DNA of 64,000 nucleotides, taken from contig OZ024745.1 of assembly GCA_964016885.1 (NCBI GenBank), positions 106,206,001-106,270,000 on the forward strand, in the 5' to 3' direction. Every line of letters begins with the position of its first letter. Position 1 is the stretch's first letter. A program made the translations under genes and the position numbers. This document shows, piece by piece, positions 1-13,670 of the stretch. Below the pieces are notes generated by a model. That model did not search any database and was not told the origin of the DNA. It was given only the letters and a program-made list of their open reading frames with translations. Origin of the DNA: Eledone cirrhosa. Taxonomy: Eukaryota.

Positions 1-3000
1 TTGTGTGGGGCTAGTGGATAGGGGAGGAGGGTGCAAGAGCCTCACCAATCTGCTTAGTTTTGAACTGTCTGTCAGGTATCGACTGGATCACTCGAATGTG
101 CCAATATGGAAATGGACAAACCGCGTCGGGTCATCCAGATCGTATATCGATAGGGTATTCTGCAGAGAATTAGATAAAGCTAGTATAAGTTGGCCACAAT
201 TTAAAATAGTCGACTACACAGACCACAAATTTGTGAACTATGAGATCGACATAGACATACTCCATAGACAAGGGCCCGGTTACTGGAAGCTGAACGCGTC
301 TTTCCCGGCGCGCAAAGCCTACAGAGACCGGATTAACGTATTAGTTAAGCGGGCGTTGACGGGAGCGGTCGTCAACAACAGGTGGTGGTTCGCCCTGAAA
401 AGAGCAATTAAAGTAGAGTCGATTAGATTTAGCAAAGGACTAGTGATAGAGGAAAATAGAGTAGAGGGAGAGCTAGTCAGAAAGCTAGAAGAGGCGTTTA
501 GGACAGGCATCGCAACCGACGTGCTTGCGGCGAGATTGGCACTCGACCAATTTTTCAACGCAAAACACGATATGCGTTGTCAGAGCTAGAGCGGGTGCTC
601 TGAAACACGCGGGGACAAAAGCCGTCCAATGGGCGCAGGTGGCAGAGGCGCGACGTGGCAACAAAGCCACAATTTGGTCTTTGTCTGACCAAAACGGGTG
701 CGTGTTGCTTGAACCCGAGCAGATGTGTGAAGCTTTTCAGCAGTACTTTGCTGAACTGTTCGGGAGCAGCGGCGGACCGGATCGGGGTATGGACTTCAGT
801 GCATACCTCGATTGACTGCCTCGGCTCTCGACGACCGCAGCACAGTGTTGCGAAAAGCCAATAACAGCCGGTGAAATACGGGAAGCGATGGCTAACTGCA
901 CGAGGGGTAAATCGCCAGGTTTGGATGGTCTGCGCTACGAGCTTTATACATTTATGCCAGACTTGTTCGGTGAACTCTTGGCAGACGTCTACTGCAACTG
1001 GCAGCAGAACGGAAGCATTCCTAGTTTTGTGAGCTGGGGAGCGGTGGCGCTGCTGAGAAAAGACCCGAACAAGTTATCGATAACTTCAGGCCCATAACCC
1101 TGCTAAACGCAGAGTTCAAGATTTTGGCCAAGGTGTTAGCAACGAGGTTGGCGCTTGTCGTCAAGGGTCTGGTGGGAGAGGCGCAGACATGCGCCATTCC
1201 GGACAGATCCATACACGACAACCTCCACCTCATGCGATACATCATAGAGAGGGTAGTTAAGGAACCTGGCACGGGTGGGGCCCTGGTCAACTTGGATCAA
1301 TCCAAAGCATTCGATAGGGTCGACCATCGGTACCTGGCGGCAGTCCTCGAGGCAGCTGGTTTCGGGCCCGTTTTCAGGGGTTGGATCGCTGCGATGTACA
1401 GCGACATCTGCTCAGTTGTGAGGGTGAACGGTCACCTGTCGCAGCCGTTCAGCATCATGCGCTCGGTCCGCCAGGGTTGTCCCCTCTCGTCCCTCTTGTA
1501 CGGATTGGCTCTCGAGCCGTTACTGCACAAACTGGGGGTGATGAGGGGCGTCCAACGCGAACTAGGATGCGAGAAATCCGAGTCGGCTCACGCCGACGAC
1601 GTCACCGTCGTGGTGTCGAGCAACAAAGACGTCCAGATGCTCGGCACCGCTCTCAAGGAATACGAAGCGGTGACAGGAGCAAAGATAAACCAGGAAAAGT
1701 CGGTGGGCTTGCAGCTCGGCACCTGGAGAGGCAAGTCCATGCCGTCCGACAGCGTCGTGGGGCGTTGGACGAACGGACCGGTTAAATTGCTCGGGGTCTG
1801 GTTCGGACCTCCAGATGGAGAAAAACTGGAACGAGGTTACGGGCAAGGTGGCCTCCCTCACCCTGAAATGGGCCGAGAGGAAGCTGTCCCTGAAAGGACG
1901 GGCGGAGGTGGCGAATGCGTACATCGCATCCGTCATCTGCTACCGCCTCACCGTCGTCCCTTGTCCCTGCCCAACTCTCCCCCAAAATGGAGCGCCTCCT
2001 CTTCCGCTTTTTGTGGAAGGGACGCGCTCCCATGGTCAGACGATCCATCTTCTGTCAACATCCGTTGCATGGAGGACTGCGCATGCCATGGCTGATGATG
2101 CGCAAAACATGCGCTGAGGCTGCGACATCTCTGCTGCTTCCTTAACGGTGAACAGGTGTGGTCGCCGTTAGCCAGGCACATTTTCCCACAGCTCTTCTTG
2201 ACGAAGCTGCAGTCCTGGGTCAGGAAAAGACCGAGGGATAGCGCTTGGAAACTGGAATGTCTCCAGGCGCTCACTGCCCTCTGCCAGCTAGGCACCAGTT
2301 TCGTTGGAACATCCACCTCGGCGTTGTATAGAGGACTAGTGGAGGAGAAGAGCGACGACGTTCTCGGAGAACTTTCAGCCCAGGGCCTATGGATAGCTTC
2401 TAAAAATCCCTGGCCTGGCAGTGCTACCGGGGAGCGTTGCCGATTCAAGATAAGCTCTACAGGCACGGAATTGCTGTCAGCCGACCCTGTCCGAGATGCG
2501 CGCAGAGCGACGAAACCGTCGTGCACGCACTCGTTCAGTGCCCGAGCATTGCTGATTTGTGGAGCTATGTCGAACAGTTGCTGTCGCGTGTAGGACTGAT
2601 TCGGTTATCGACTGAGTACATTGTGCAGATGGTCTCGCCGTCTTCCTTCGAGGAGGAAGGGCAGGCGGTTTTCATCTGCCTGTTGGCCATGGCGAAAGAG
2701 ATTGTGTGGTGGACAACGTTGAAAGGCTTAAAGACAGAAACTTTCCTCTTCGGCGAATCCCTAGTTAACTTTTTCAAGTTTCATTTGAAGAGGAAAATTA
2801 GGGTGGAGAGGCAAGTGCTGCCTTCTAGCAAGTTTGTTGAAAGGTGGGTGAATGTAGCGAGAATGGGCCGAGTGAACGGGACCGCTCTGAATATACGCCT
2901 ATAGTTTAAGAAATGGAAAAATTGAGAGAGGGCACTGCCCTGGTGGTCAGGGTGGCCGTGGTCTTTTGTGCGGTTTTCGCCACGAGTAACCCTCAGAGGT

Positions 3001-3204
3001 TTCCCCCCTATTGGGGAACTTCTCATTGTTTCAATTTTCATTTATGTTGTTTATATATATATATGTTTCTATGTCTTTTTTTGTCTTTTTTTATATAAAT
3101 AATAAAAATCTTTACACGCACAAAACCCACATCGTACCGTCCTGTACCGTCCTGTGCCGTCTGTAATGTTTTCTTGATGTCAGCCCTTGTGACCAATAAA
3201 GAAA

Positions 3205-3206
<2 letters not shown>
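1..3206 (+). mobile_element. Tx1/L1-clade non-LTR retrotransposon, frameshifted ORF2 (APE end, RT, zinc knuckle) plus 3' UTR; 5' end outside window
   Basis: APE motifs SYIDRVF and YTDHK, then GPGYWKLN; KSPGLDGL; RT motifs LDQSKAFDRVDH, VRQGCPLS and HADD; C-terminal CPRC-x4-ETVVHALVQC; stop at 2904; AATAAA followed by an (ATT)11 tail at 3207-3239. The reading frame is split over several frames. Confidence 0.92.
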
Positions 3207-3239
<33 letters not shown>

Positions 3240-3240
<1 letters not shown>

Positions 3241-5036
3241 TTTGAGTCTCAGTCATTGATGTTAGTTAACTGGAAAGTTTGTTGAAATGAATATCAAGCC
3301 ACTACCTGCAGCCTCAGATATTCAGGACATATCGGAGGGTTCTTGTTGCTCCCAGAAAGCATGCCTTTTGAAGTGTTCCAAAAAGCGGGGCGGGGCCAAT
3401 TTTCTTTAAACAACCCTGGAAACTCCTTGAGATATTACCTAGTGTGCCTATGACAATCAGGACCACTTTGACTTCATGGCAGTTCCAAATCCTTTTTACC
3501 TCACACTTTAAGTCCTGGTATCCGTTAATTTTCTCCCTCTCCTTCTCTTGTACTCTCGTGTCGAATGGGCAGGCCACATCCACAATCAGGCACGATCTTT
3601 TTTCCTTGTCCAAAACCACCAGGTCAGGTCTATTGTGTTCCAGTTTCTTGTCCGTCTGTATCCTAAAATCCCACAGCACCTTCACCTGATCTTTTTCTAT
3701 CACCGCCTCTGGCTTATGCTCATACCACTTCTCAGAATGTGGTAAATTGTTTACTTTGCATAGGTGCCAGTGGATCACCCTGCCCATCACATCATGTCTC
3801 CAGCCTTTATAGTGAGTCTGGGCTAGGTGTTTACACTCGGATACAATGTGAGCCACAGTCTCCTCTCTCTCTCCACAGATCCTGCACACTGGGCTAGCCT
3901 CCTCCTTGTAAATATGGTGTTTCAGTCACTTCGTTTTGAGGGCCTGCTCTTGCGCAGCCATTAGCATTCCTTCTGTAGCCTTTTTAAGGTCTCCTCTTTT
4001 CAACCAGTTCCATGTCTGTGGATCTCTGAATTCAGTTTTCTCAAAGAAGGTACTATGAAGGGATTTTTCATGAAGGCTACTGTTTCTCCTCGTTGTTATT
4101 TCCTCCTTGGACATCCCCTGGTCTATTGTCCTCTCCTTCAGTACAATTCTGAGCATTGGCTCCGTACTATCGGTCACGTATTTGTGTAGGTTGTTTTTCT
4201 CCATCTGAACACAGTCCTCTGTGCTGATAAGACCTCTTCCACCTTCAGATATCCTTAAATAGAGTCTATTGACATCACTCCTCTTGTGGAACATGTTGTA
4301 GATAGTCAATAGCTTCCTAGTCTTCCTATCCACTTCTTTTTGTTCAGCAACATTCCATCTCAGAATTCCCGCACTGTACCTAATAATAGACACAGCTCGG
4401 GAATTTACTGCACTTATGGCATTACTACTGTTCAGATGTGACTTTAATACGCTCCTTACTCTCCGAATGTATTCAGATCTTATCAATTCCTTCATTTTTT
4501 TGTTATTGATGTCATCAGCCTCCAGAACACCCAAAAACTTGTATCCTTCTTCAGTGTCAATTTCCTTTATCATCTCACCTGTTGGTACCTGGATTCCGTT
4601 GCTTCTGCTCAATTTACCCCTCTTCAACACAAGGACTCCACACTTACTAATACCAAATTGCATACATATATTATTGCTGAAAATACGGACAGTGTTAACA
4701 AGCACATCCAACTCCTTCTCACTCTTCCCGAAGAGCTTAAGATCGTCCATGAAGAGGAGGTGGTTGATGGTAAGCTCTCCTTTTCCCAACTTGTATCCTG
4801 CTCTCACTTTTCGCAGTATAATGGTCAGGGGCATCAGGGCAAGGACAAACAACAGAGGGGACAGACTATCTCCCTGGAAGATACCTCACTTGATTTTCAC
4901 GCCTCCCAAGGATTCTCCAGCTGATGTTAACTGTTTTCCAGGACTTCATACTTTTGCTCAACAACTGTCTGATGTTATCTGCCACCCTGAAGATCTCTAG
5001 GCTTTTGGTGATCCAAGAATGAGACACCATGTCAAT
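3240..5036 (-). mobile_element. R4/Dong-like RLE non-LTR retrotransposon, 5'-truncated (RT C-half, CCHC finger, restriction-like endonuclease)
   Basis: DMVSHSWI and INHLLFMDDLKL RT motifs; CRICGEREETVAHIVSEC finger; RHD; VLWDFRIQTD..NRPDLVVLD..LIVDVACPFD (PD..D RLE). The 3' end runs into (AAT)n and the 5' junction is preceded by GATAATAATA, consistent with the known TAA-repeat targeting of Dong. Confidence 0.88.
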
Positions 5037-5553
5037 ATTATTATCATCATCATATTTACGGTATTCTATGCACAAGATCTTGTGGTTAATAAACACATTA
5101 GTACTGTTTTTATTCGAAAAAAAGAATTTTTTCTTTGTCCTATCTGTCATTCGTTATCTATTTTTCGTAGAAATATATGTGTATATAACATTTTTTCTTT
5201 CGCTTATCACCTCATTTCTTTTTCATTTTATCTTCGCTAATGCAAAATGAAAACTTTTCATATGGAGACGTAAAAAATAATTTCGACACAAAAGACATCA
5301 CACGATACCAACAAACATGTATGTGTACAGGTATGAAGAATAACAAAAATGTTATATCTGTCTTTGTTGATACAGAAATGTATATATCAACACACACCAA
5401 CATGCACGCACAAACACACACAAACACACACACACACATACACACACACACGCACACGCACACATACACACATTCATATATATATGTATGGGTGTGTTTA
5501 TGCATAAATATATATGTATATATTATATATATATATAAATGTGTGTATGTATG

Positions 5554-5602
<49 letters not shown>

Positions 5603-5623
5603 GTGCAAGTGCACACACACATG

Positions 5624-5725
<102 letters not shown>

Positions 5726-5844
5726 TATAGATACATATAGATACATATACATATTCATTCACACATACATATATATATTATATAATATATATATATTGAA
5801 AGATAGATAAGTAGACATGTAGATATAGGTAATTATGGTATATA

Positions 5845-5912
<68 letters not shown>

Positions 5913-6272
5913 CGTGTGTGTATGTATATATGTGTGTATGTGTGCGTGTGTGTGTGCACGTGTGTGTGTGATCAGTGCATATGTACGTATACATAAATAT
6001 ATGTTTCGAAGGGTTAATACATATTTTCACCTTGTAATTACAGAGATACTTCAGAAATAAAATAAAGATACATACACGCCACAAGCTGGAACATGACAGA
6101 ACTGACACGTTCGCAAGTGTATTCATAAGGAAAAAAGTATTTCAGTTCCCCAAACAGGAGCACGAAATATACACAGTTGAAAACATTGCTTTCGAAACAA
6201 CCACATAAACAACAACAACACACACACACAAACACACTCACAGACACACACATAGATGCGTGTGAGTTAGCA

Positions 6273-6321
<49 letters not shown>

Positions 6322-6324
6322 ATG

Positions 6325-6360
<36 letters not shown>

Positions 6361-6369
6361 TATGAATTA

Positions 6370-6780
6370 AGTAAAACGAAATTTCCTTTACATGTAATTA
6401 GTAATTTATGAATCAAACTGTTGCGTGCGTTTCGCAGAGGATTGGCTCAAGGTAACTCATTGAAGTTATTGACCCAACTACATTATCATTCTCCTCATCA
6501 GATGGGTGATTCGCCAAAAATATGCAATGTTTGTTTTTTGTCAAACCATTAGTTTGATGAACTGATCGTTAAAGGACTGGCGTCCATAAATTATATCGGT
6601 GGCCTTGAGCCAATCATCTGCGATACACGTGTAACATGTCGATATGCAATAAAAATTTAAAAAAAACTAACTGCATGTAAACGAAACTCCATCGTTTTCC
6701 TCGATATATACTCTGTGTCTGTGCATCGAGTGCTTCTTTGGTACCAAGGCCAGTAATTTACTGAATCACATACACTACCC
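6370..6780. mobile_element. Decayed head-to-head pair of Penelope-type terminal repeats with degenerate HHR cores
   Basis: Minus arm reads CTGATGA(6495-6501)...CCTTGAGCCAATCCTCTGCGAAAC; plus arm reads TTGATGA...CCTTGAGCCAATCATCTGCGATAC-ACGT-GTA. The tail carries GAGTGCT at 6728. Same family as 40345-40680. Confidence 0.55.
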
Positions 6781-6790
6781 ACACACACAC

Positions 6791-6838
<48 letters not shown>

Positions 6839-6849
6839 TGTGTGTGATA

Positions 6850-8968
6850 GTCTTATGGAGCTCTTTTGCTTCCTCTTTTGTGTTTTTAATCATTATTTTA
6901 AACGATTTTAATTGTTCTACCCATGAAGAAATCCAAGTGTCTCGTTGTTATTTTTTATATTTAAACTGAGCAATTAGCAATTTGCGTTTCCTGGGTTCTT
7001 CTATCAACAAGTGAATTGGGGTTAACCTTGTTTCATGAAAAATTTAGGGAGTAGATTTTAGACATCCCAGTATGATGTTGCCAATTTGGGTACGGAATCT
7101 ATCAATAGCTTGAAGATAGTTGATACTTGTGTGACCCCAAACCCAGCTGCCATACAACAATTCAGCATTGATGACTCCCTTATTATACAGTATCAAGTGG
7201 TTGTATGTTAGGCAGCGGAATTTCTTTGAGATTACTTTAATTGCATAATAGTGTGTGTTTGAGATGAATCAGATTGGAACCAAATGTCTAGTGTCTTGAT
7301 GGATTTTTGTGGTATCAGTAGTTGGTTCATCAAATATATTTCATCGCATTGATAATTGATGGATTATGGAAATGAGCCAGTTGTAATTTAGTGGGATCAA
7401 ATTGTTGGCCATTTTCGTTTACCCATTCAGCTGCAGTTGATAGGGCTGTGCATAATTTGGTTTTGTTGTTGTTGATAAAGTATATAAGTTAATATAATCT
7501 GCAAAACCTGATACTTCTACAATTTTATTTAGAGATGTAAACAAGTCTGTTGTGTAATATAGAAAGAGAGTGGGTGAGACTGGTTATCCTTGTGGGAAAC
7601 CTTTTAAAAGGTAAATATTTTCGCTTTTCTCGTTTCCAACAATCTGACTACGATGAGTGAGACAGCTTTCAACCCAGTTACAGAGATTTTTGGGGCTCTT
7701 CAAATTGGTGTAATTTTTTTTACTATGAACCACATTGTGATAAGCTCCCTTTATGTCTAATGAGATCAAGCTGGTCGATTTGCTCATGAGTTTTGAGTTT
7801 CTGAAGAAAGTGGTTATTTCATGGACACAGTTCTCAGCGTTTTATTCACTCGAAATCTAAACTGGGATTTGGGGAAGAAGTTTATTGGCTCTCCTAAGTA
7901 AGATAATCTTTTGCCTAAAATTTTTTCTAGCATTTTAGAAAGATTGCTTAGTAAAGCTATTGGACAGTATGATCTGGTAGAGTAGTTGTTACCTTATTTG
8001 GATTCTGTATTACGAACGTATGAGTAAATTTCCATATATCTGCATGGTGTTCGAATTTAATTATACTCTTAAATAAGTTTATCACTATTTCATGTATTAC
8101 ACTCCAAGTTTCATTGATGATTAAATTGGAAATACCATCAGAGCCTATGGCAATTTCCATTTTCAATTCATGCATAGCTGCTAGTAGTTCTTGTTCAATA
8201 ATGGGAGGGAGATCTAGGTTTGGAGTGAAAAGATCAGAAGCTTTGTAATGGGTAGTGGATTCTGTAGATGAAGCGTTGCGAAAAGATGATTTTGCAAATA
8301 GAAAAGAGAGTGTGGAAGTGTCTGAGATTACCTCACCATTGTGGGCATGTATCAGTAGCTCTTGATTGGTTTTTTTTTTGGGGGGGGGGAGGGGGCGTTG
8401 CTGATCATTGAGTTGTATATGCTCCATATATCAATCATGGATTCCCGGTTAGCTTTGCTTGCCCAGAAATCATTTTTGGCTTGTTTCATTTGCCTTTTAA
8501 ACTTTTTCTTTAGTCCTTTATATTTTTCATAATTGGAATATGTAGAATGGTATTTCCATTTTTTTTATGATTGAGTCATTTCCCTTCTTAGTTGTTTTAG
8601 TTCTTCACTCCACCATGCCTTATTGTAGCTGTTACCCGTATTGCTGTTAATTTAATTTGGAACGGAATATGTAAAAGGAACTTTCTCTGTGATTGTATCC
8701 TGTATTTTGTCAACAAACAATTGTAGACTTGTTTTTATCTCTTCAGCTGATTCGACATAGTAAAATTTGTTGTGGGGCGATAGTTCTGCTTCTAAGTAAT
8801 CAATAAACTGAACCCAGTCAGTTTTGGGAAATTGATATTTTCTAACTTTAGGATTTATTTGGTTTATTTGACAATAGCTCAGATTTTCGCTGGTTATAGG
8901 AATTGCAATAATAAAAGTGTTGTTGGCGTGATCCGACCCTATATCCATATTGTAATTTAATTCCCAAT

Positions 8969-8970
<2 letters not shown>
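6850..8970 (-). mobile_element. Heavily degraded I/Jockey-group (APE-type) LINE ORF2
   Basis: Fragmentary motifs in the expected order: GSDH, KTDW, AWWSEEL, AIGSDGI, LLSNLSKMLEK, LISLDIKGAYHNV, GFPQG.PVSPTLF, GFADY. Many stops; the clade cannot be resolved. Confidence 0.7.
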
Positions 8971-9005
<35 letters not shown>

Positions 9006-9020
9006 TACACACATACATAT

Positions 9021-9076
<56 letters not shown>

Positions 9077-9139
9077 TATTTATATATATACGTATATGTA
9101 TATATATATGTTATATTTATGTATACATATATTTATATA

Positions 9140-9178
<39 letters not shown>

Positions 9179-9242
9179 TACATAAATAGAAATTATCGAG
9201 AATCGCATTTCGGCCCACGAAATAACGAAAAACAACCTCCGA

Positions 9243-9299
<57 letters not shown>

Positions 9300-9343
9300 G
9301 TTATATTTATGTATACATATATGTATGTTATATATATATATAT

Positions 9344-9628
9344 ATGGTGGCTGCCAAGTCGTTTTCGAGTACGGCCACTACTTTATATCCATGTAGGAGA
9401 ACCCCTACCGATGCGCTGAACGAGTGTGACTTTTTAGTCCAGCCAGCGACTTGAAAACTCTGGTACAAACACTACACTTGTGACAATTATTGACACATAG
9501 TGCTCGGCCCATGGTACCATGTGACGACAAGTGCAGAGAGATCTCCAGATACAAAGCAATGCCTGTGCCATGAGACAGGTTGTACTGGGATACATGTTAC
9601 CAATAGCACCAAGTGGTGACCTGACATA
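9344..9628 (-). mobile_element. RTE-type non-autonomous retroposon (family B), internally deleted copy
   Basis: Near-identical to 9663-9890 and 45810-46043. The 5' piece (CAGTACAACCTGTC) is joined directly to the 3' half. Confidence 0.7.
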
Positions 9629-9662
9629 ATATATATATATATATATATATATACATACATAC

Positions 9663-10235
9663 ATGGTGCCTGCCAACTCGTTTTCGAGTACGGCCACTAC
9701 TTTATATCCATGTAGGAGAACACCTACCGATGCGCTGAACGAGTGTGGCTTTTTAGTCCAGCCAGCGACTTGAAAACTCTGGTACAAACACTACACTTGT
9801 GACAATTCTTGACACATAGTGCTGGGCCCATGGTACCATGTGACGACAAGTGCAGAGAGATCTCCAGACATAAAGCAATACCTGTGACGTGAAGCTTTTA
9901 TAGTGAGCAAAGGCACTGCACAAAGCCAGTCCCACTCTCTTAACCAAGATGATATTTACCAAAAAGAAGAACAAGTCACATCATTGGATATCATCAGAGT
10001 TGCAGGTGTTATATCAGAGTTTTCCTTCTCTTAGAATTCTGCCTTGACAAAAGCTAAGGGGTCATCTCTCCTGGTGATTTTGGAGGGCCATTGACTCTTA
10101 AGAGCTCCTTTGCCCTTTGACAGGTTTTCTTTTTAGTACTGCAGGATGTCCAAAGTCACCCTCCTCACCAATAAACCTTGGTGGGGTTGCCAGTTTAGTC
10201 GCCAGCGACCCGACCATGGGACAGGTTGTACTGAT
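9663..10235 (-). mobile_element. RTE-type non-autonomous retroposon (family B), near full length, with (ATGT)n tail
   Basis: Contains AGAGAAGGAAAACTCTGA, resembling RTE 5'-UTR motifs. The 3' end ACTCGAAAACGAGTTGGCAGGCACC is followed by ATGT repeats. No long ORF; several copies in the window. Confidence 0.7.
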
Positions 10236-10287
10236 ATATATACATATATATACATGTATACAGGTTGTACTGATATACATACATATA

Positions 10288-10373
<86 letters not shown>

Positions 10374-10977
10374 TATATTATTTTTCCTTCTACTTATTAT
10401 ATAAGTACAGAGCGCCAGATTCATCGTCAATACATTGCTCATACCTAACATACCACTCAGAGAGATCGAACCCGCAACTACATGTTTACGAAACGAATTT
10501 CTTATTCGCGGAACCAAATCTACAGCATATTATAAATTTACAATCACGAGCCGCTCCTAGACGAATATCATTTAATTATATTAATTATACATAACCTAGG
10601 GACACGACTGAAATAAACACAATGAAAAAGATCTAATTCACATACGTGTCGTTGGTTAATTGCTTGGCATGTAGATATAGCCAGGTACAAGCACGTACAA
10701 GCACGTACGAACACCTATTATTCGCTGATTGATATTAATGATCTAAGGTAGATAACTCTGTAGAATATATATATATAAAATGTGTAGAATATATATATAT
10801 ATAATGTGTAGAATTATATATATAAAATGTGCAAATAATTTTGATGCCGTTTTTTTTAAATAAAGAGATGGCTGGTATTAGATTAATTCTACAAATTTCA
10901 TCGTAGCCCCAGATGGATATAAGACAAAGCGGCCCTCGGGGGGATTCGTTTGTACCATAAACTTTGTGTATAGCCCA

Positions 10978-11122
10978 TGGTTTATAGCTCCGATTGAAGG
11001 CGTATATTAATGTATGTATGTATGTATTTATGTATGTATGTGCATATGTATGTGTATGCACATATATATATGTGCATATATATATAGATGTATATATATA
11101 TATATATATATAAGTGTAACCA

Positions 11123-11195
<73 letters not shown>

Positions 11196-11339
11196 TTTAT
11201 AGCTCCGATTGAAGGCGTATATTAATGTATGTATGTATGTATTTATGTATGTATGTGCATATGTATGTGTATGCACATATATATATGTGCATATATATAT
11301 AGATGTATATATATATATATATATATATAAGTGTAACCA

Positions 11340-11385
<46 letters not shown>
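10978..11385. repeat. Tandem duplication (~215 bp unit) of a microsatellite-embedded segment
   Basis: ATGGTTTATAGCTCCGATTGAAGGCGTATATTAATG...AAGTGTAACCACTT occurs at ~10978 and ~11192. Confidence 0.85.
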
Positions 11386-11386
<1 letters not shown>

Positions 11387-11388
<2 letters not shown>

Positions 11389-11577
11389 CGAAGGAAATGT
11401 GGTAAAGAACCAGATGGACCATAACGCACCAAAGTACTCCATACTTAGGGTAGTAGAGTGGGTAATAGGAACGAGTAGGTCCCCGACGGCTGAGCTCAAG
11501 CCGTTTCGACGGCTAATTCTGGACTAAAATTAGCCGTCGAAACGGCTTGAGCTCAGCCGTCGGGGTCCTACTCATTG

Positions 11578-11580
<3 letters not shown>
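11387..11580 (-). mobile_element. Palindromic Penelope-like remnant with HHR half-core (family P1)
   Basis: 46-bp arms 11473-11518 and 11528-11573. Each arm reads GAAA-CGGC-TTGAGCTCA-GCCG-TC (HHR stem III plus GUC). Flanked by (TA)n; a second copy lies at 25790-25990. Confidence 0.7.
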
Positions 11581-11629
<49 letters not shown>

Positions 11630-11633
<4 letters not shown>

Positions 11634-11795
11634 GTGGTTACACAAGAGTTAGTTCGCCATACCGAGGGATCCGCTAAGGTGAAACAATTGTTCTCGGTAT
11701 GGTGAACTAACTGTTGTGTAACCACTTCTACCTAACTCGTCCCATGGACTGAGTGTCTACCACTACGGATATTACCTTCCAGTGTTCTACCACTA
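11630..11795 (+). mobile_element. Palindromic Penelope-like remnant (family P2)
   Basis: Arms 11630-11666 and 11693-11730 enclose GAAAC-AATT-GTT. The tail 11727-11795 matches 63928-64000 (reverse). (TA)n on both sides. Confidence 0.65.
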
Positions 11796-11813
11796 TATAT
11801 ATATATATATATA

Positions 11814-11992
11814 TTTAATATAGATGAGATTCTACAGGACTAGAACTGTTTCATTCTTTAGAAATCATCAGGAATCTAAAGAATGAAACAGTTCTAGTCC
11901 TGTAGAATCTCATCTATATTAAAACCTTTATACTCTGCAATGTATTGAGTACCTTACTTACTGTGGTTACCTCCGATTCAACCCGGAATAAC

Positions 11993-11993
<1 letters not shown>
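11814..11993 (+). mobile_element. Palindromic Penelope-like remnant (family P3)
   Basis: Perfect 49-bp arms 11814-11862 and 11875-11923. The tail GAGTACCTTA...GTTACC is also seen at 16060-16192, 39515-39640 and 48038-48190(-). Confidence 0.75.
11827..11877 (-). ncRNA. Type I hammerhead ribozyme motif with complete core
   Basis: AGAUUC-CUGAUGA-U.UUC(UAAA)GAA.U-GAAA-CAG(UUCUAGUC)CUG-UA^GAAUCU: 6-bp stem I, 4-bp stem III, GUA cleavage site. Confidence 0.75.
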
Positions 11994-12062
<69 letters not shown>

Positions 12063-12123
12063 ACTGTAACTCCACGTTAGATTCCATATATATATTATAT
12101 ATATATATATGTGGGGGGGGGTC

Positions 12124-12189
<66 letters not shown>

Positions 12190-12199
12190 TGGGGTAATT

Positions 12200-13020
12200 G
12201 CATTTGATTAGTGTTTACTCCAAGCATATCGAAAGTTGGAATAGATGTTTCATCAGGAGGTGAAACTATTATGTAAGTGTTTCGACCCCTTCCACCTTCC
12301 TTGATAATGGAGCTAATTGTAACCACCCACCGAACTTGGTGACAAACCTCCTTACAAAACACCACGAAATTACATGTGTCTGATGTAGTGAATTTAAAGC
12401 TGATGTCTCAATATCGAGACATTAGATGTTAGCCGGACCATACAATTTTTTTTTTCTTTTAGTCAGATGTAGTGTCTCGCATTCTTAACAACCCTCAGTA
12501 ATTTCTTCGAAATGTATTTCCTCTCTATTGCTGTCAGTTAAATCCAGCGGAGCAGTGAGTCAACCCTACTGCTGACAAATCTCCTGAGACTTATCCCCAC
12601 AGGGTAATATGATGTCTCCCATCGCTGATTTCATAGATTTGAACAAGTTCTCTCTACCTTCTGATATTCCATGTTTGCCTCCCATTAGAGAGAGAGCTCC
12701 ACCACTCATACCACCTTACTTTTCTTACATACATTAGGAATTTGGATCTATCTGTAGAAAGAAGGAAAAAGTGGTATTTTCCATCCAAGTCAACTGAGAC
12801 CTATCTGTTCTCCAATTTCAGATCAGACTTCTTTCTTGTAGTGGCTGGCTTACAGTGTTTATTTTCCTTACAAAACTAAAGAGAAATTCTCATTCATAAA
12901 AGAGAGGGGAGACAACCTCTTGTTTGAAAGTAATTAAAAATAGAATGTAGAAGAAAGTGAGTTTTATCTTAGACTGCATGGTAACTATTCAGATTGTGAT
13001 TCTTTCTTAAATCTTACTCG
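12200..13020 (-). mobile_element. Degraded HERO/NeSL-like RLE non-LTR 3' end
   Basis: Manual minus-strand translation gives VDLDGKYHF, VVELSL*WEANME and YYPVGISLRRFVSSRVDSLL, resembling the HERO motifs ELTVPWE and PVEVGCRGF. Confidence 0.5.
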
Positions 13021-13069
13021 ACAACAACGGAATGATGTATACATGTATGTATATATATATATATATGAG

Positions 13070-13500
13070 TGTATGTATATTATATTTGGCAATATACCGT
13101 ATGTTTAATGAAAAACATTTAGAAGACCATACGCTATCGGTTTTAAAGTAGTGACTATCTCACTTACTTCTTTTCGGCGAAAGAAGGGAGAGAAGCTAAC
13201 AGTCTGTTTCACACTGTTTGGGGATCATCAGAGCCACACACCTCCTGCTTCCGCCGAACATTATAGAAACTGGATTCTTATAGAATTCCAGTAATAATCA
13301 GGAACTGATTATACAGAGCGATTGCCGGTTCAGAAAAAATTAGGTTTTAGTATTGGTGCTCTGAAATAGCGATGTATACATGAATGTATATATAGTATAT
13401 TTGGCAATATACCGTATGTTTAATTAAAACATTTAGAGGACCATTATACTATACATACATTCATGTATACATCGCTATTTCAGAGCACCAATCCTAATAC
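13070..13500 (-). mobile_element. Penelope-like remnant with partial tandem tail, inverted 5' piece and HHR
   Basis: Direct repeat 13081-13130 / 13397-13444; inverted repeat 13352-13390 / 13455-13492; HHR at 13194-13235(-): GGCU-CUGAUGA-UCCCCAAACAGUGU-GAAA-CAGACUG-UU^AGCU. Confidence 0.55.
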
Positions 13501-13513
13501 CTAGTATATATAT

Positions 13514-13670
<157 letters not shown>

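Noticed and set aside
10185-10235. HDV-like ribozyme at the family B 5' end (CCAGT...GCGACTAAACTGG)
   Set aside because: P2/P4-like pieces are present, but P1 and P3 could not be placed in the required order.
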